64,000 bases of DNA. Source: Octopus sinensis. Its lineage: Eukaryota. The notes beneath the pieces were generated by a model. That model was not told the origin of the DNA, did no database searches, and saw only the letters and a program-made list of their open reading frames with translations. Both the position numbers and the translations under genes were made by a program. Where the stretch lies: the NCBI RefSeq assembly GCF_006345805.1, contig NC_042999.1, positions 14,446,001 to 14,510,000 of the forward strand, written 5' to 3'. Each line of letters opens with the position of its first letter. The stretch's first letter is position 1. Positions 62,866 to 64,000 of this stretch are shown one piece after another.

Positions 62866-64000
62866 TGTATAATCATCATTTTACCTCTACCATTTCCATG
62901 GTGGTGGCTAGGGTAGACCAGTTCAGTAGGATTCAGTAGATTAGGAAAACCATGCCATCATCTAATGTCTAAATTTTTGGTGTGGCTTCTAAGGCTCAAT
63001 GTCCTTCCTAATACTAACCATTTTACACAGATTATACTGCATGCATTTTTCATTGCTCCAACACTGTAGAGGTTGCCTTGTTATCAGCAAGACTAAAGAA
63101 ACTTTTCAAACCCTGGATTGTATTATCTGGATCAATTACCAAGCATTTAGTGTTCCAGGTGCTTTTTGCTGTACCCAGCACTTTTAGAGGTTGCCTTATT
63201 GCTGTAATGCACTCCTTAATAAAAGGAACAGATTTATCATCCGAAGATGGTAATATAGACAATAACAGAGAGAAGAGGGTCCGGGTGGAAGTAGAGGGGA
63301 CAGAGGATGAGGAACCTATAGTATGGCCAAATGGTTAGAAAGTTTGTTTTGCAACCATGTGGTCCATAGTTTTACCCCACTGTGTGACATTTTAGACAAA
63401 TGTCACTTTCTATGGCCTTGAGTTGATCCATAATTTACAAATAAAAATCGGTAAGAGGAAATAATGTAAAAGCTCAATGGTTGGATTGTGAATATAATTG
63501 AAAAGTCACAGCCTTGTCTTACACTGCTTCTGGCTGAAGATTATATTCAGAATGCATACATAAATCTGTGGAATACTCAGTCACTTTCTAGTAATTCAGT
63601 TAATCAAACCATTGAGCTTGCGTAACTGCAAATTTTTCAATAGTTCAGCATAGGTGTTCTCTTTTTCACTGATCTTCAGCTTTATGCTAACATCCATTTG
63701 CTATGTATGTATGTATGTGTGTGTGTGTGTGTGAGACCATTATACACACACACACACACACCCATACATATACATACTCAAATATATATATATATATATA
63801 TATATAAATGAATATATATATAATCTGAAGTTAAGGCTTCCATTAAGTATATAGATACATACACACACATGCATACACACGTAAATTTCTTTAAACACAT
63901 TTGCAGTGAAGTGTGTTGTACATTCAGGGTATATGTACTCACATTCATTAAGCTTACTATAACATTAAATCCATGCCATAGACTCAGATTAACATCCACC

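Noticed and set aside
63050-63338. 70- and 86-aa ORFs on opposite strands that look protein-like
   Set aside because: They overlap decayed family C internal units (gaggttgccttg/gaggttgcctta repeated); no domain evidence.

Overview
AT-rich, repeat-saturated animal genomic DNA, intronic or intergenic in character. It is most likely a coleoid cephalopod (Octopus-like); this is inferred from recalled SINE families, not from a database search. No complete protein-coding gene, tRNA, rRNA or CRISPR array is supported, and nearly all ORFs in the supplied track are translations of microsatellites or SINEs. The window contains: (1) four tRNA-type/LINE-tailed SINE families, labelled here A (CORE-like), B (Nin/Deu-like), C (Meta-like, headless, with a variable 62-bp internal array) and D; (2) decayed relics of L1/Tx1, RTE, CR1/L2, R4/Dong-like and Penelope-like retroelements; (3) mariner, maT/DD37D-like, hAT, piggyBac-type, Helitron and Helentron-type DNA elements; (4) large compound microsatellite and minisatellite tracts; (5) a near-identical ~0.98-kb tandem duplication. 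The only plausible host-gene signal is a candidate first coding exon at 1257-1300 (+; MVADVGEDVVRFCEA, donor GTAAGT) in a CpG-retaining region; the gene is unidentified. The most interesting structures are a family of long fold-back hairpins embedded in (TA)n tracts, a degenerate hammerhead-ribozyme motif, SINE multimers bounded by single TSDs, repeated SINE insertion at one target site, and antiparallel SINE nesting that would create dsRNA. None of these is demonstrated to be a new biological system.
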